A stretch of DNA of 64,000 nucleotides. Origin: an uncultured delta proteobacterium. Its GTDB lineage: Bacteria; Myxococcota_A; Polyangia; Polyangiales; Polyangiaceae. How positions within the stretch are numbered: position 1 is the stretch's first letter; every line of letters begins with the position of its first letter. A program made the position numbers and the translations under genes. The notes under the pieces were generated by a model. It did no database searches, was not told the origin of the DNA, and worked only from the letters and a program-made list of their open reading frames with translations. The stretch covers positions 2,560,001-2,624,000 of the forward strand of contig CAWAIF010000003.1 of NCBI GenBank assembly GCA_963782055.1. Direction: 5' to 3'. Positions 37,395 to 46,255 of this stretch are shown piece after piece.

Positions 37395-38849
37395 TCACTT
37401 CCCGACGAGGAAGCGCATCGCGAAGTCGATCGCCTTGCCGTACGGCGGGCGGAGCAGGCCCGCGCTGTTGAGGCGCGCCTGGTAGAAGACGGGCTTCTTC
37501 TTGGTGAAGGTGTCGAAGCCCTCCCGCCCGTGGTACGCGCCCATCCCGCTCGGCCCGACGCCGCCGAAGGGCAGGTCGTCCTGGGCGAAGTGGAGCAGGC
37601 ACTCGTTGACCGAGACCCCGCCCGCGGTGGTGCTCTCCAGCACCCTGTCCACCGCGCCGTCGTCGTGGCTGAAGACGTACAGGGCGAGCGGGCGCGGGTG
37701 GTCGTTGACGTAGTCCAGCGCCTCTTCCAGCGAGGCGTAGCCCTTCACCGGCAGGACCGGCCCGAAGATCTCGTCCTCCATCACGGAGAGATCGTCGCCG
37801 GGGTCGATCACCAGGGTGGGGGCCATCTTGCGCGACTCGGCCGAGAGCTCCTCCTTCGCCGGGTTGAGCTCCACCACCTTCGCGCCCTTCTCCTTCGCCT
37901 CCTCCACGTAGTGCTTCAGCCTGTCGTAGTGGCGGGTGTTGACGATGCTCGTGTAGTCCGGGTTCTTCTCCAGCGTGGGCAGCATCTTGGCGAGGGCGGT
38001 CCGGCACTCCTCGACGAAGCGGTCCACCTGCTTCTTCGGCACGAGCACGTAGTCCGGCGCGATGCACGTCTGCCCGGCGTTGAAGATCTTGCCGTGCATG
38101 ATGCGCGTGGCCGCGACGTCCATCGGGAAGTCCTCGGCCACGATGGCCGGCGACTTGCCGCCGAGCTCCAGCGTGACGGGCACCAGGTTCTCCGCCGCCG
38201 CGCGCATCACCGCCTTGCCGACGCGAGTCGAGCCGGTGAAGAGGAGGTGGTCGAAGGGGAGGCTGGAGAAGGCGGCGCCCACGTCCGCGCCGCCCGTCAC
38301 CACCACGACCTCGTCGTCACCGAAGGTCTTGTTCACCAGCTTCGCCATGACCTCGGCCGTCTTCGGCGTGAGCTCGCTCGGCTTGATCATGGCGCGGTTG
38401 CCCGCGGCGAGCGCCCCGGCGAGCGGGGAGAGGGCGAGCTGCATCGGGTAGTTCCACGGGGAGATGATCCCGACGACGCCGAGCGGCTGCGGGATGAGCT
38501 CCGCGTGGGCGGGGGCGAAGAGCCAGCTCACCGGCCGTGGCTCGGTCTCCATCCACTCGTGCAGGTGGGCGATGCAGTGCTTGACCGCCGCCACCGTCAT
38601 GAAGATCTCGGCGGAGAGGGTCTCGTGCTTCGACCGGTTGCCGAAGTCCTCCGAGATGGCCTTGACGAAGTCTTCCTTGTGCTCGAGCACCGCGCGCTCG
38701 AGCTTCTCCAGACGCTCGATGCGCTTCTCGTAGCTGGGGGCGCCGCCCTTGCGCTGGGCGGCCTTCATCCGGGCGAGGATGCCCTCCAAATCCTCGGCGC
38801 GGGTGTGCTCGGGCTCGGCTTGCTCGGTGACGGCGGCTGCGGTGACCAT
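37395..38849 (-). CDS. Coniferyl-aldehyde dehydrogenase-like aldehyde dehydrogenase
   Basis: PWNYP, KPSE, FTGS, LELGGKSP, NAGQTCIAPDY, EIFGP, PFGGVGPSGMG. Confidence 0.92.
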   Translation of the reverse strand: MVTAAAVTEQAEPEHTRAEDLEGILARMKAAQRKGGAPSYEKRIERLEKLERAVLEHKEDFVKAISEDFGNRSKHETLSAEIFMTVAAVKHCIAHLHEWMETEPRPVSWLFAPAHAELIPQPLGVVGIISPWNYPMQLALSPLAGALAAGNRAMIKPSELTPKTAEVMAKLVNKTFGDDEVVVVTGGADVGAAFSSLPFDHLLFTGSTRVGKAVMRAAAENLVPVTLELGGKSPAIVAEDFPMDVAATRIMHGKIFNAGQTCIAPDYVLVPKKQVDRFVEECRTALAKMLPTLEKNPDYTSIVNTRHYDRLKHYVEEAKEKGAKVVELNPAKEELSAESRKMAPTLVIDPGDDLSVMEDEIFGPVLPVKGYASLEEALDYVNDHPRPLALYVFSHDDGAVDRVLESTTAGGVSVNECLLHFAQDDLPFGGVGPSGMGAYHGREGFDTFTKKKPVFYQARLNSAGLLRPPYGKAIDFAMRFLVGK

Positions 38850-38902
38850 GGCCGGAGCATAGCGACCGGGCCGGGGAGCGTCGACCGCACCAGGGTCGAT
38901 TT

Positions 38903-39322
38903 TCAGGGCTCGCCCAGGACCGTCACGGTGAGGGTGCGCCGGTGCGGGGCGCGGCGGTGCTCCCACAGGTAGATGGCCTGCCAGGTCCCCAGGGCCAGCC
39001 CGCCGCCCGTCACCGGGACCGTCTCGCCGGTGCGCGTGACCGTCGCCCGCAGGTGGGCGGGCATGTCGTCGGCGCCCTCGGCGTCGTGCTCGTAGCTCGC
39101 CTCCTCCGGCGCCAGCTTGCTCATCCAGCGATCCATGTCCCGCAGGACCGCGGGGTCGGCGTTCTCCTGGATGACGAGCGAGGCGCTGGTGTGCGCGCAG
39201 AAGACGTGACAGAGCCCGCGCGCCACCCCCGACTCCGCCACCGCGCGCCGCACCTGCTCGGTGACGTCGTGGAGGCGCTTGCCGCGCGTCTCCACGACGA
39301 AGGAGGTCTGAAAGGTTTGCAT
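38903..39322 (-). CDS. YjbQ/UPF0047 family protein
   Basis: HTSASLVIQENADP, HDAEGADDMPAH, LGTWQAIYLWEH. Confidence 0.92.
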   Translation of the reverse strand: MQTFQTSFVVETRGKRLHDVTEQVRRAVAESGVARGLCHVFCAHTSASLVIQENADPAVLRDMDRWMSKLAPEEASYEHDAEGADDMPAHLRATVTRTGETVPVTGGGLALGTWQAIYLWEHRRAPHRRTLTVTVLGEP

Positions 39323-40032
39323 CACGCAAATACCTCGCGGAGGAAGGCGCCCAGCCGCTCCACCACCGGCGGCGGGATCTCGTGACCGCCACGGAAGGAG
39401 AGGAAGGTGACGTCCAGTCCGGCCCGGGCGAGCTCGTCGTGCAGGCGCTCCGCGATGCCGAAGGGGAGCAGGGGATCCAGCGTGCCGTGGCTCTGGAGCA
39501 CGGGCAAGCCGCGGCGCGCGGGCATCCGGGGGATCCACTCCTTCTCGGCCAGCAGGGTGCCGGAGAGCACGACCAGCCCGGCGAGCGGGCGGGAGGTGTG
39601 CAGCGCGACGTCGGTGGAGAGCATGGCACCCTGCGAGAAGCCACCGAGCACCACGTGGCTCGGGTGCAGCCGAGCGTCGACCTCGTCGAGCATCGCGAGC
39701 ACCAGGGCGCGCGCCTCCGCCAGGCCCTCCGGCACGTCGCCGGTCAGATCACGCAGCTCGCCGGTCTGCATGGCGCGCTCCAGCCGGACCATGTCAATCA
39801 TCCACCACGCGCGCGAGTCCACGGGGCCCATCATCCCCAGGCTGAGCGGCGCGGCGGGGAAGACGAAGCGCGTCGTGCGCGGCACGTCGAGCACGCGGTG
39901 CAGGGAGACCAGATCCTCGCCAGGCGCGCCGAAGCCGTGGAGCAGCACCACCGCCGGGCCGTCCCCGCCGCCCTCCCGGTCCGGGCCGCCGGTCACCACG
40001 CACTCCAGGCCGCCGAGGGAGACGCTCTTCAT
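39322..40032 (-). CDS. Phospholipase/carboxylesterase (alpha/beta hydrolase)
   Basis: LLHGFGA, GGFSQGA, SHGTLDP, GGHEI. Confidence 0.9.
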   Translation of the reverse strand: MKSVSLGGLECVVTGGPDREGGGDGPAVVLLHGFGAPGEDLVSLHRVLDVPRTTRFVFPAAPLSLGMMGPVDSRAWWMIDMVRLERAMQTGELRDLTGDVPEGLAEARALVLAMLDEVDARLHPSHVVLGGFSQGAMLSTDVALHTSRPLAGLVVLSGTLLAEKEWIPRMPARRGLPVLQSHGTLDPLLPFGIAERLHDELARAGLDVTFLSFRGGHEIPPPVVERLGAFLREVFA

Positions 40033-40406
40033 CCGCCGTCCAGTACTGCGCCGGTGCAGGCGCTCGCGCACCCGGCGCCGCCGCACGTGTCGCAGGTCTG
40101 CTCGCACGTCTGGCGGCACTTCGACAGGTCCTGAGCGCACTGGTTCTTGCAGCCCTGGTTCGCGCAGGCGTCGACGCACGACGTGTGGGTCGTGACGCAG
40201 TCCGCGCCGCAGGCCGTCGCCGCGTCCAGGCAGTCCCGCCGGACGCACACCCCCGCCTCGCCGTCGGAGACGGCGGCGTCGGTGTCGCCGCCGTCGGTGT
40301 CGGATACGCCGCCGTCGACGTCGTGGAAGTCGCCGATGCCGGTCAGCAGGTTGCAGGCCGCGCAGGTGACGACGAGGAGGGACGCGAGCGCGAGGGGAAG
40401 CCGCAT
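40029..40406 (-). CDS. Small Cys-rich lipoprotein
   Basis: CAAC lipobox-like site, DGG/DAG linker, regularly spaced Cys in the C-terminal half. Confidence 0.7.
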   Translation of the reverse strand: MRLPLALASLLVVTCAACNLLTGIGDFHDVDGGVSDTDGGDTDAAVSDGEAGVCVRRDCLDAATACGADCVTTHTSCVDACANQGCKNQCAQDLSKCRQTCEQTCDTCGGAGCASACTGAVLDGG

Positions 40407-41377
40407 CAGAAGGAGCCCGAGAGCCCCAGGGTGCCCGGTCCGAGCCAGGGCTGCAACCGGACAGTCGCCTGCGCGGCGCGCTCGCGCTCCGGGACGCGGT
40501 GGGAGACCAGGAGCCCCACGATCCCGGCGACGAGGCCGGCGCCGCCGACCGCGAAGGCGATGGTGGAGATGGTGCCGAGCGCCTCCGACGCCTGGCGGTC
40601 ACCGTGCGCCGAGGGCGGGCAGAGGCCGTTGGGGCACTCGCCCTTCACCGTGTCGGCGGTGATGAACGCGGCCATGCCGGTGCCCGCGCCGACGAGCAGG
40701 CCCGCGCCCGCCACGCTGAAGCCGATGTAGACGAGCGGCCCGGGCACCAGGTGCCCCGTGCCCTCGCCGCGCACCGCCGGGTCGCGCTGGTCGAGCGTCA
40801 GGCTCACGGTGCGCTGCTCGCCGTCGCGCAGGTCCACCTCCGCGCGCCCCATCTTCCCCGCGGCGCGCGCCACCACCACGTGGTGTCCGGGGTCGAGCAT
40901 GCGCGGAGCGCCCGCGGCGGCGGGGGGGATGACCACGCCGTCGATGGTGAGCACCGGCGTCGCGGCGGGCGCCCCGCCGTACTCGACCTTGACGCTGGCG
41001 ATGCGCGCCCTGGCCTCCTCGGCCAGCCGGCCGGCCTCGTCTCGCGCCTGCTGCGCCTTGTCCGACTCGCCATCCTGGTGGGGCAGGTGGGAGGCGTCCA
41101 GGAGCGCCTCGCGTCCCTCCAGGATGTGCCCCATCCCGAGCAAGGTGCGACCCACCTCCAGCTCGGTGATGGGGGTGGGGACCAGGGCGAACGCCGCCTT
41201 GAAGTGGGTCAGCGCGCTGGGGAGGTCTCCCTTGGTGCGCAGGTCCAGCCCGCTCGAGAACTCCGCCTTCGCCGTCTCGACGTCGGCCGGGGTGGGGGGC
41301 GTGGCGCGGGCCGTGGAGGCGGCGAGGAGCAGCGCCGTGGCCATGATGAAGGCGTGGCGGCTACTGGATGACCACAT
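40406..41377 (-). CDS. Exported TPR-like/PEGA-like protein with C-terminal hydrophobic region
   Basis: Signal peptide, helical N-domain, PEGA-like LDPGHHVVVAR, CPNGLC loop, terminal LGLSGSF; start codon uncertain. Confidence 0.65.
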   Translation of the reverse strand: MWSSSSRHAFIMATALLLAASTARATPPTPADVETAKAEFSSGLDLRTKGDLPSALTHFKAAFALVPTPITELEVGRTLLGMGHILEGREALLDASHLPHQDGESDKAQQARDEAGRLAEEARARIASVKVEYGGAPAATPVLTIDGVVIPPAAAGAPRMLDPGHHVVVARAAGKMGRAEVDLRDGEQRTVSLTLDQRDPAVRGEGTGHLVPGPLVYIGFSVAGAGLLVGAGTGMAAFITADTVKGECPNGLCPPSAHGDRQASEALGTISTIAFAVGGAGLVAGIVGLLVSHRVPERERAAQATVRLQPWLGPGTLGLSGSF

Positions 41378-42998
41378 CGTGGATGGTCGCGGAGCCCTTC
41401 GGCCTCGCCGTGGAGTGCGTTCGCGGATGGTGCCCGGCCTTGTGGACATGCGGTCGGGTGGTGGCGGTCGTCGTGGCGGTGCTCGTCGCGGCCGGCGGCG
41501 CGGAGGCGCTCGGGGCTGCCGTGGCGGTCTTGGGCAGGGTGGCGCTCCTGTCGGCGCCGGTGGTGGCGGTGCTGGCGGCGGCCACCGAACCGGTGGCGGC
41601 GGCGGTGGTCTGCCCCGCCCCCGCGGCCGCCTGCGAGCCCTCCGCGGTGCCGTGGCTGCGCAGCATGACCGTGGCCAGGCCTACGGCCGTCGCCAGCGCC
41701 AGCAGGAGGCCGAGGGCCACGGCGCCCACTCGCCGCCGCCTGGACGGGGTGGGCGAGAGCTCCTCGTGCAGTGACGACGCGACCGGCACCGACGTGTCCA
41801 CGCGGCCCAGGCCCGACGGGACGGGGGGAGGGAGCGGGAGGGGGGGAGGGAGCGGGAGGGGCTCCTCGCGGGCGGGTGCCGGCGTCGGCCCCACGGCTGC
41901 CGCCTTGCCCCCGGACGCCTCGTCGGTCAGCGACGGCGACGACTCCTTCGGCCCGGCGACGGTGTCCTCGGCGACCAGCTCGCGCAGCCGCTCGCGCTCC
42001 GTCGCCGCGTCCACGGCGACGCCGATGATCCGCTTGCGCTCGGCGATGCGTTCCGCGGTGTGCTCGGCCGCGAAGGCGGCGATGTCGTCGTTGCCGGCGC
42101 GGACGCGGAGCTTGAGCATCGCGTCCTCGATCGCCACGCGCATCTCGGCGGCGGTGGCGAAGCGCTGGTCGGGATCGCGCGCGAGCGCCTTCACGATGAG
42201 CTTCTCCACGGCCGGGTGCGGCACCTGCGGCACCGATTTCACCTCGGCGCCGGTGATGAGGGCGTGCAGGCGCGCCACGTCGTTGGGGCCGTCGTACGGG
42301 GCCGTGCCGGAGAAGAGCTCGTGGGCGACGGCGCCGAGGGCGAAGATGTCGGCGCGGCGATCGATCTCCTTGCCGAGCGCCTGCTCCGGCGCCATGTACC
42401 GGCTCTTGCCCTTGGCGAAGCCAGCGCTGGTGTCCTCCCCGAGCCTGTCGCGCGCCTTGGCCACGCCGAAGTCGATGAGCTTGATCACCCCGTTGATCGG
42501 GATGAGCACGTTCTGGGGGGAGACGTCGCGGTGGATCACGCCGAGCAGGTGCCCGCTGCTGTCGCGCAGCTCGTGGGCGGCGTGCAGCCCGCTGGCCAGG
42601 TCCGCCAGCATGCGCAGCGCGATCGCCGTGGGGAACTTCAGGCCCTTGCGGTCGAGCGCGCGGCGGAGGCGGGAGAGTGGATCGCCGTCCACGTACTCCA
42701 TGACGAGGTAGAGGATGTCGCGCCACTCGCCGAGATCGAGGATCTTGGCCACGTGCGGGTGCTCGACACCGCTGGCGATGCGCGCCTCGTCCAGGAACAT
42801 GGTCTGGAAGCGCTTGTCGAGCGCGAACTCGGGCAGGATCGTCTTGATCGCGACGAGCTTCTGGAAGCCGTGCTTGCCCTTGAGCCGCGCGAGCCACACG
42901 TGGGCCATCCCCCCCCGCGCGATGGCGCAGAGCAGCTCGTACCGGTCCAGCACCAGGCCGGGCTCGAGCTGGATCGCGGCGGGTAGCTCACCGGACAT
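41361..42998 (-). CDS. Membrane Ser/Thr protein kinase
   Basis: GGMAHVW, AIK, HRDVSPQN, DFG, YMAPE; TM segment after RRRR; Ala/Thr-rich extracytoplasmic tail. Confidence 0.92.
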   Translation of the reverse strand: MSGELPAAIQLEPGLVLDRYELLCAIARGGMAHVWLARLKGKHGFQKLVAIKTILPEFALDKRFQTMFLDEARIASGVEHPHVAKILDLGEWRDILYLVMEYVDGDPLSRLRRALDRKGLKFPTAIALRMLADLASGLHAAHELRDSSGHLLGVIHRDVSPQNVLIPINGVIKLIDFGVAKARDRLGEDTSAGFAKGKSRYMAPEQALGKEIDRRADIFALGAVAHELFSGTAPYDGPNDVARLHALITGAEVKSVPQVPHPAVEKLIVKALARDPDQRFATAAEMRVAIEDAMLKLRVRAGNDDIAAFAAEHTAERIAERKRIIGVAVDAATERERLRELVAEDTVAGPKESSPSLTDEASGGKAAAVGPTPAPAREEPLPLPPPLPLPPPVPSGLGRVDTSVPVASSLHEELSPTPSRRRRVGAVALGLLLALATAVGLATVMLRSHGTAEGSQAAAGAGQTTAAATGSVAAASTATTGADRSATLPKTATAAPSASAPPAATSTATTTATTRPHVHKAGHHPRTHSTARPKGSATIHDVVIQ

Positions 42999-43116
42999 GA
43001 GCCACCATTATCGGTCCCCCGGCCACAAAAGGCGAGGCCCGGCTGATCCGGCACCCGGGCCTGGCCCACGCCGCGCGAAAGACCTGCGCCCAGAGGCGCG
43101 CCGGCGGCGCTACTGG

Positions 43117-44580
43117 TCAGTTGGGCGGGGGAGGGGGAGGGGGCTTGGAGTCGTCCTGCACGCAGGAGGAGAGGTCGAAGAAGAGGAACTCCAGCGCCGT
43201 CTCGTCGACGTGGTGCGGGTCGTTCGAGTTCTGCGCGTTGCAGAAGCCGGAGAAGGAGGACCCGGAGAGGTGCACGTCGGAGAAGACGGCGCGGCCGCAC
43301 TGCTTGTCCACCTGCGCGTTCACCGGCGCGTTGAAGCTGAGGTAGAGCGTGGAGTAGTCGCTCGTGGAGCCATCGTAGATCCAGCGCGTGGCCTTGCCCG
43401 TGGTCACCTTGTCGACGTCCTCCCGGATGTCGTAGAGGGCGAGCTGCCCGTAGGTGCCTCCCTGCACGTTCTGGATCCAGTCCGCCATCGACTTGCCCTT
43501 CGGGAAGGAGGTGTCGATGTAGTACGGCGGGGCGGAGTACTTGCCGCCGCCGTCACCGCGCCAGTCGGCCACGGCGTTGAAGTCGGCGGGGCCCTTGCAA
43601 CTGTTGTCGGGGAAGTAGCCCGCGCTGCACTGCGAGTTGTTGGCGAAGAAGTTGTAGTGGTAGTGCGTGCCGAAGAAGCGGCCGCCGTTGTTCAGGTACT
43701 GCTGCATGTTGGCGTACCCGGAGCCGCGGTCGTAGGTGTTGCACTCGCACGAGTTGAAGACGAGGTCGTACTTGTTCAGGTTCCCCGCGTTCTGCCAGAG
43801 GTCGGTGTAGGCGTTGCCCGGCGAGCCGGGGACCTGCTGGCCGTCGTCGTGGCCGCGGAAGATCTGCACGCGGCCCGTACCGTTCGGCCCGCCGGTGAAC
43901 TCCGAGTCGTCGATCCCGATGGTGTTGCGCAAGAAGCACTCGCCGTAGTCGCACCCCGTCGTCAGCGCGATGCGCGGGATGTTGTCGTCCGGGGAGGTCT
44001 CCTTCTGCTTGCGCGGCAGGCGCATGAAGTCCTCCTTCGTGGAGTCCTTCACCACCTTCTTGGTGTTGTAGACGTTGTCTGTGCACTGCTTGACCTCGGG
44101 CAGGATCAGGTGGCGGCGCCACTTGCCGAGCTGCAGCACGAGGGGGATGTCGGTCCCGACGGGGACGTCCTTGATCTGGAAGTAGCCGGTCGCGTCCGTC
44201 GTCGCCGAGGCGATGGGAGAGCCGGAGGCCGGCGCCTGGCACTGGGTGCACTTCGGTCCGGAGTCGATGGGCGAGAGCGGGGCGTTGGGGACGTAGACGT
44301 AGACGTTGTAGAGCGGGCGCACGCCGCCCGGGTCGTAGACGATGCCGGAGATGGTGGTCGACGCGCCGCCGCCGCAGGTGACCTTCTGGCACTCCAGGTT
44401 CACGCACGGGTGCGCGCCGTCGGTGTCGGCGTCTCCGCCGAAGGGATTGCCGCCGTCGGCGCCGAAGGGGTTGCCGCCGTCGGCGCCGTTGTTGTTGAAG
44501 CCGCTGTTGTTGTTCGACCCGCAGGCCGCGGCGACGACGAGCGCGGCCGCGGCGAGCACGAGGGGGGAAAAGGAACGCAT
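43117..44580 (-). CDS. Cys-rich lipoprotein with carboxypeptidase-regulatory-like domain (paralog A)
   Basis: AAAC lipobox; TISGIVYDP...LYNVYVYVP, LVLQLGKWRR; long identical blocks shared with the neighbour. Confidence 0.75.
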   Translation of the reverse strand: MRSFSPLVLAAAALVVAAACGSNNNSGFNNNGADGGNPFGADGGNPFGGDADTDGAHPCVNLECQKVTCGGGASTTISGIVYDPGGVRPLYNVYVYVPNAPLSPIDSGPKCTQCQAPASGSPIASATTDATGYFQIKDVPVGTDIPLVLQLGKWRRHLILPEVKQCTDNVYNTKKVVKDSTKEDFMRLPRKQKETSPDDNIPRIALTTGCDYGECFLRNTIGIDDSEFTGGPNGTGRVQIFRGHDDGQQVPGSPGNAYTDLWQNAGNLNKYDLVFNSCECNTYDRGSGYANMQQYLNNGGRFFGTHYHYNFFANNSQCSAGYFPDNSCKGPADFNAVADWRGDGGGKYSAPPYYIDTSFPKGKSMADWIQNVQGGTYGQLALYDIREDVDKVTTGKATRWIYDGSTSDYSTLYLSFNAPVNAQVDKQCGRAVFSDVHLSGSSFSGFCNAQNSNDPHHVDETALEFLFFDLSSCVQDDSKPPPPPPPN

Positions 44581-44604
44581 CGTCGACCTCTCAGGCACGT
44601 CTTC

Positions 44605-46110
44605 TCAGTTGGGCGGCGGCGGCGGCGGCGGCTTGGAGTCGTCCTGCACGCACGACGAGAGGTCGAAGAAGAGGAACTCCAGCGCGGTCTCGTCGACGTG
44701 GTGTCCGTCGTTCGGGTTCGTCGCGTTGCAGAAGCCGGAGAAGGAGGACCCGGAGAGGTGCACGTCGGAGAAGACGGCGCGGCCGCACTGCTTGTCCACC
44801 TGGCTGTTCACCGGCGCGTTCCAGCTCAGGTAGAAGGTCTGGTAGGGGCCCTTGAAGGGGGTGGATCCGGAGTAGATCCACGGCGTCGCCTTGCCCTGCG
44901 TGACCATCGCCACGTCGTCGCGGATGTCATAGAGCTTGAGCTGCCCGTAGGGGGTGTTGTCGCCGACGGCCTTGTTGATGTTGTCCAGCCAGTCGGCCAT
45001 CGCCTTGCCCTTGGGGAAGGGGTTCTGCTGGGTGCCGGTGTAGATGTAATAGGGCGAGGACTGGTAGCCGCCGCCCAGCCACTGCGCGACGCTCGCCATG
45101 TCGCTCGGGCCCTTGCAGGTGTTGTCGTAGACGCACTGCGCCTGGCTGGCGAAGAAGTTGTAGTGGTAGTGCGTGCCGAAGAAGCGACCGCCGTTGTCCA
45201 GGTAGTCCTTCATGTTGGCGTAGCCGGTGCCGCGGTCGTACGTCGTGCACTCGCACGAGTTGTAGACGATGTCGTACTTGTTCAGGTTCCCCTTGTTCTC
45301 CCAGAGGTCCGTGTAGGCGTTGCCGGGGGTGCCGGGGAGCTGCTGGCCATCGTCATGGCCGCGGAAGAGGTGCACGCGGCCGCTGCCGTTCGGTCCGGTG
45401 AACTCGGAGGCGTCGATGCCGATGGTGTTGCGCAAGAAGCACTCGCCGAAGTCACACCCGGTCGTCAGGGCGATCAGCGGGAGGCTGTCGTCGGGGGAGC
45501 TCTCCTTGTTCTTCTTCGGCAGGCGCATGAAGGTCTCGAGCGTGTTGTCCGAGAGCGACTTCTTGGTGTTGTAGGTGTTGTCGGTGCACTGCTTCACCTG
45601 CGGGAGGGTCAGGTGGCGGCGCCACTTGCCGAGCTGGAGCACCAGCGGGATGTTGGTCCCGACCGGCACGTCGGTGATCTGGAAGTGCCCCTTGGCGTCC
45701 GTCGTCGCGGAGACGAGCGGGGAGCCGGAGGCCGGCGCCTGGCACGCGGTGCACACCGGGCCGGTGGTGATCGCCGCGAGCGGCGCGTTGGGCACGTAGA
45801 CGTAGACGTTGTAGAGCGGCCGCTTGCCGCCCGGGTCGTAGACGTAGCCGGAGACGGTGGTGGCCGAGCCGCCGCCGCAGGAGACCTGCTGGCACTCCAG
45901 GCCGACGCACGGGTGCGCGCCGTCGGTGTCGCCCCCGTCGAAGTTCTGGAATGGATCGGCGTCGGGATCGGTCGTACCGGAGTCATCGTCCGGCGTGGAC
46001 GCGTCATCACCGAACTGCGACTGCGGCTGGGTGCCGCACCCCTGGACGAACCAGCCCGCCAAGGCGAGCCCCGACACGGCGCCCGCGAACAAGAAAGCCT
46101 TGAGCTTCAT
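44605..46110 (-). CDS. Cys-rich lipoprotein with carboxypeptidase-regulatory-like domain (paralog B)
   Basis: VQGC lipobox; RBS GGAGG; same architecture and C-terminus as paralog A. Confidence 0.75.
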   Translation of the reverse strand: MKLKAFLFAGAVSGLALAGWFVQGCGTQPQSQFGDDASTPDDDSGTTDPDADPFQNFDGGDTDGAHPCVGLECQQVSCGGGSATTVSGYVYDPGGKRPLYNVYVYVPNAPLAAITTGPVCTACQAPASGSPLVSATTDAKGHFQITDVPVGTNIPLVLQLGKWRRHLTLPQVKQCTDNTYNTKKSLSDNTLETFMRLPKKNKESSPDDSLPLIALTTGCDFGECFLRNTIGIDASEFTGPNGSGRVHLFRGHDDGQQLPGTPGNAYTDLWENKGNLNKYDIVYNSCECTTYDRGTGYANMKDYLDNGGRFFGTHYHYNFFASQAQCVYDNTCKGPSDMASVAQWLGGGYQSSPYYIYTGTQQNPFPKGKAMADWLDNINKAVGDNTPYGQLKLYDIRDDVAMVTQGKATPWIYSGSTPFKGPYQTFYLSWNAPVNSQVDKQCGRAVFSDVHLSGSSFSGFCNATNPNDGHHVDETALEFLFFDLSSCVQDDSKPPPPPPPN

Positions 46111-46255
46111 TTGCTGCCTCCCGCGCCGATTGTGACGTGGCGTCCGCACGACTTCAACCGCGCGAACGGGCGGGATGGAAGGTGAGTGCGACAGTGTAGG
46201 TGAAGGGAGGCCCGATGGTTTGACGTGACCGCCGGACCTCGGTAACCCAGTGACC

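Noticed and set aside
43117..46110. Paralogous lipoprotein 3' ends as a DGR template/variable repeat pair
   Set aside because: Similarity spans both whole genes, and the differences are not confined to adenines
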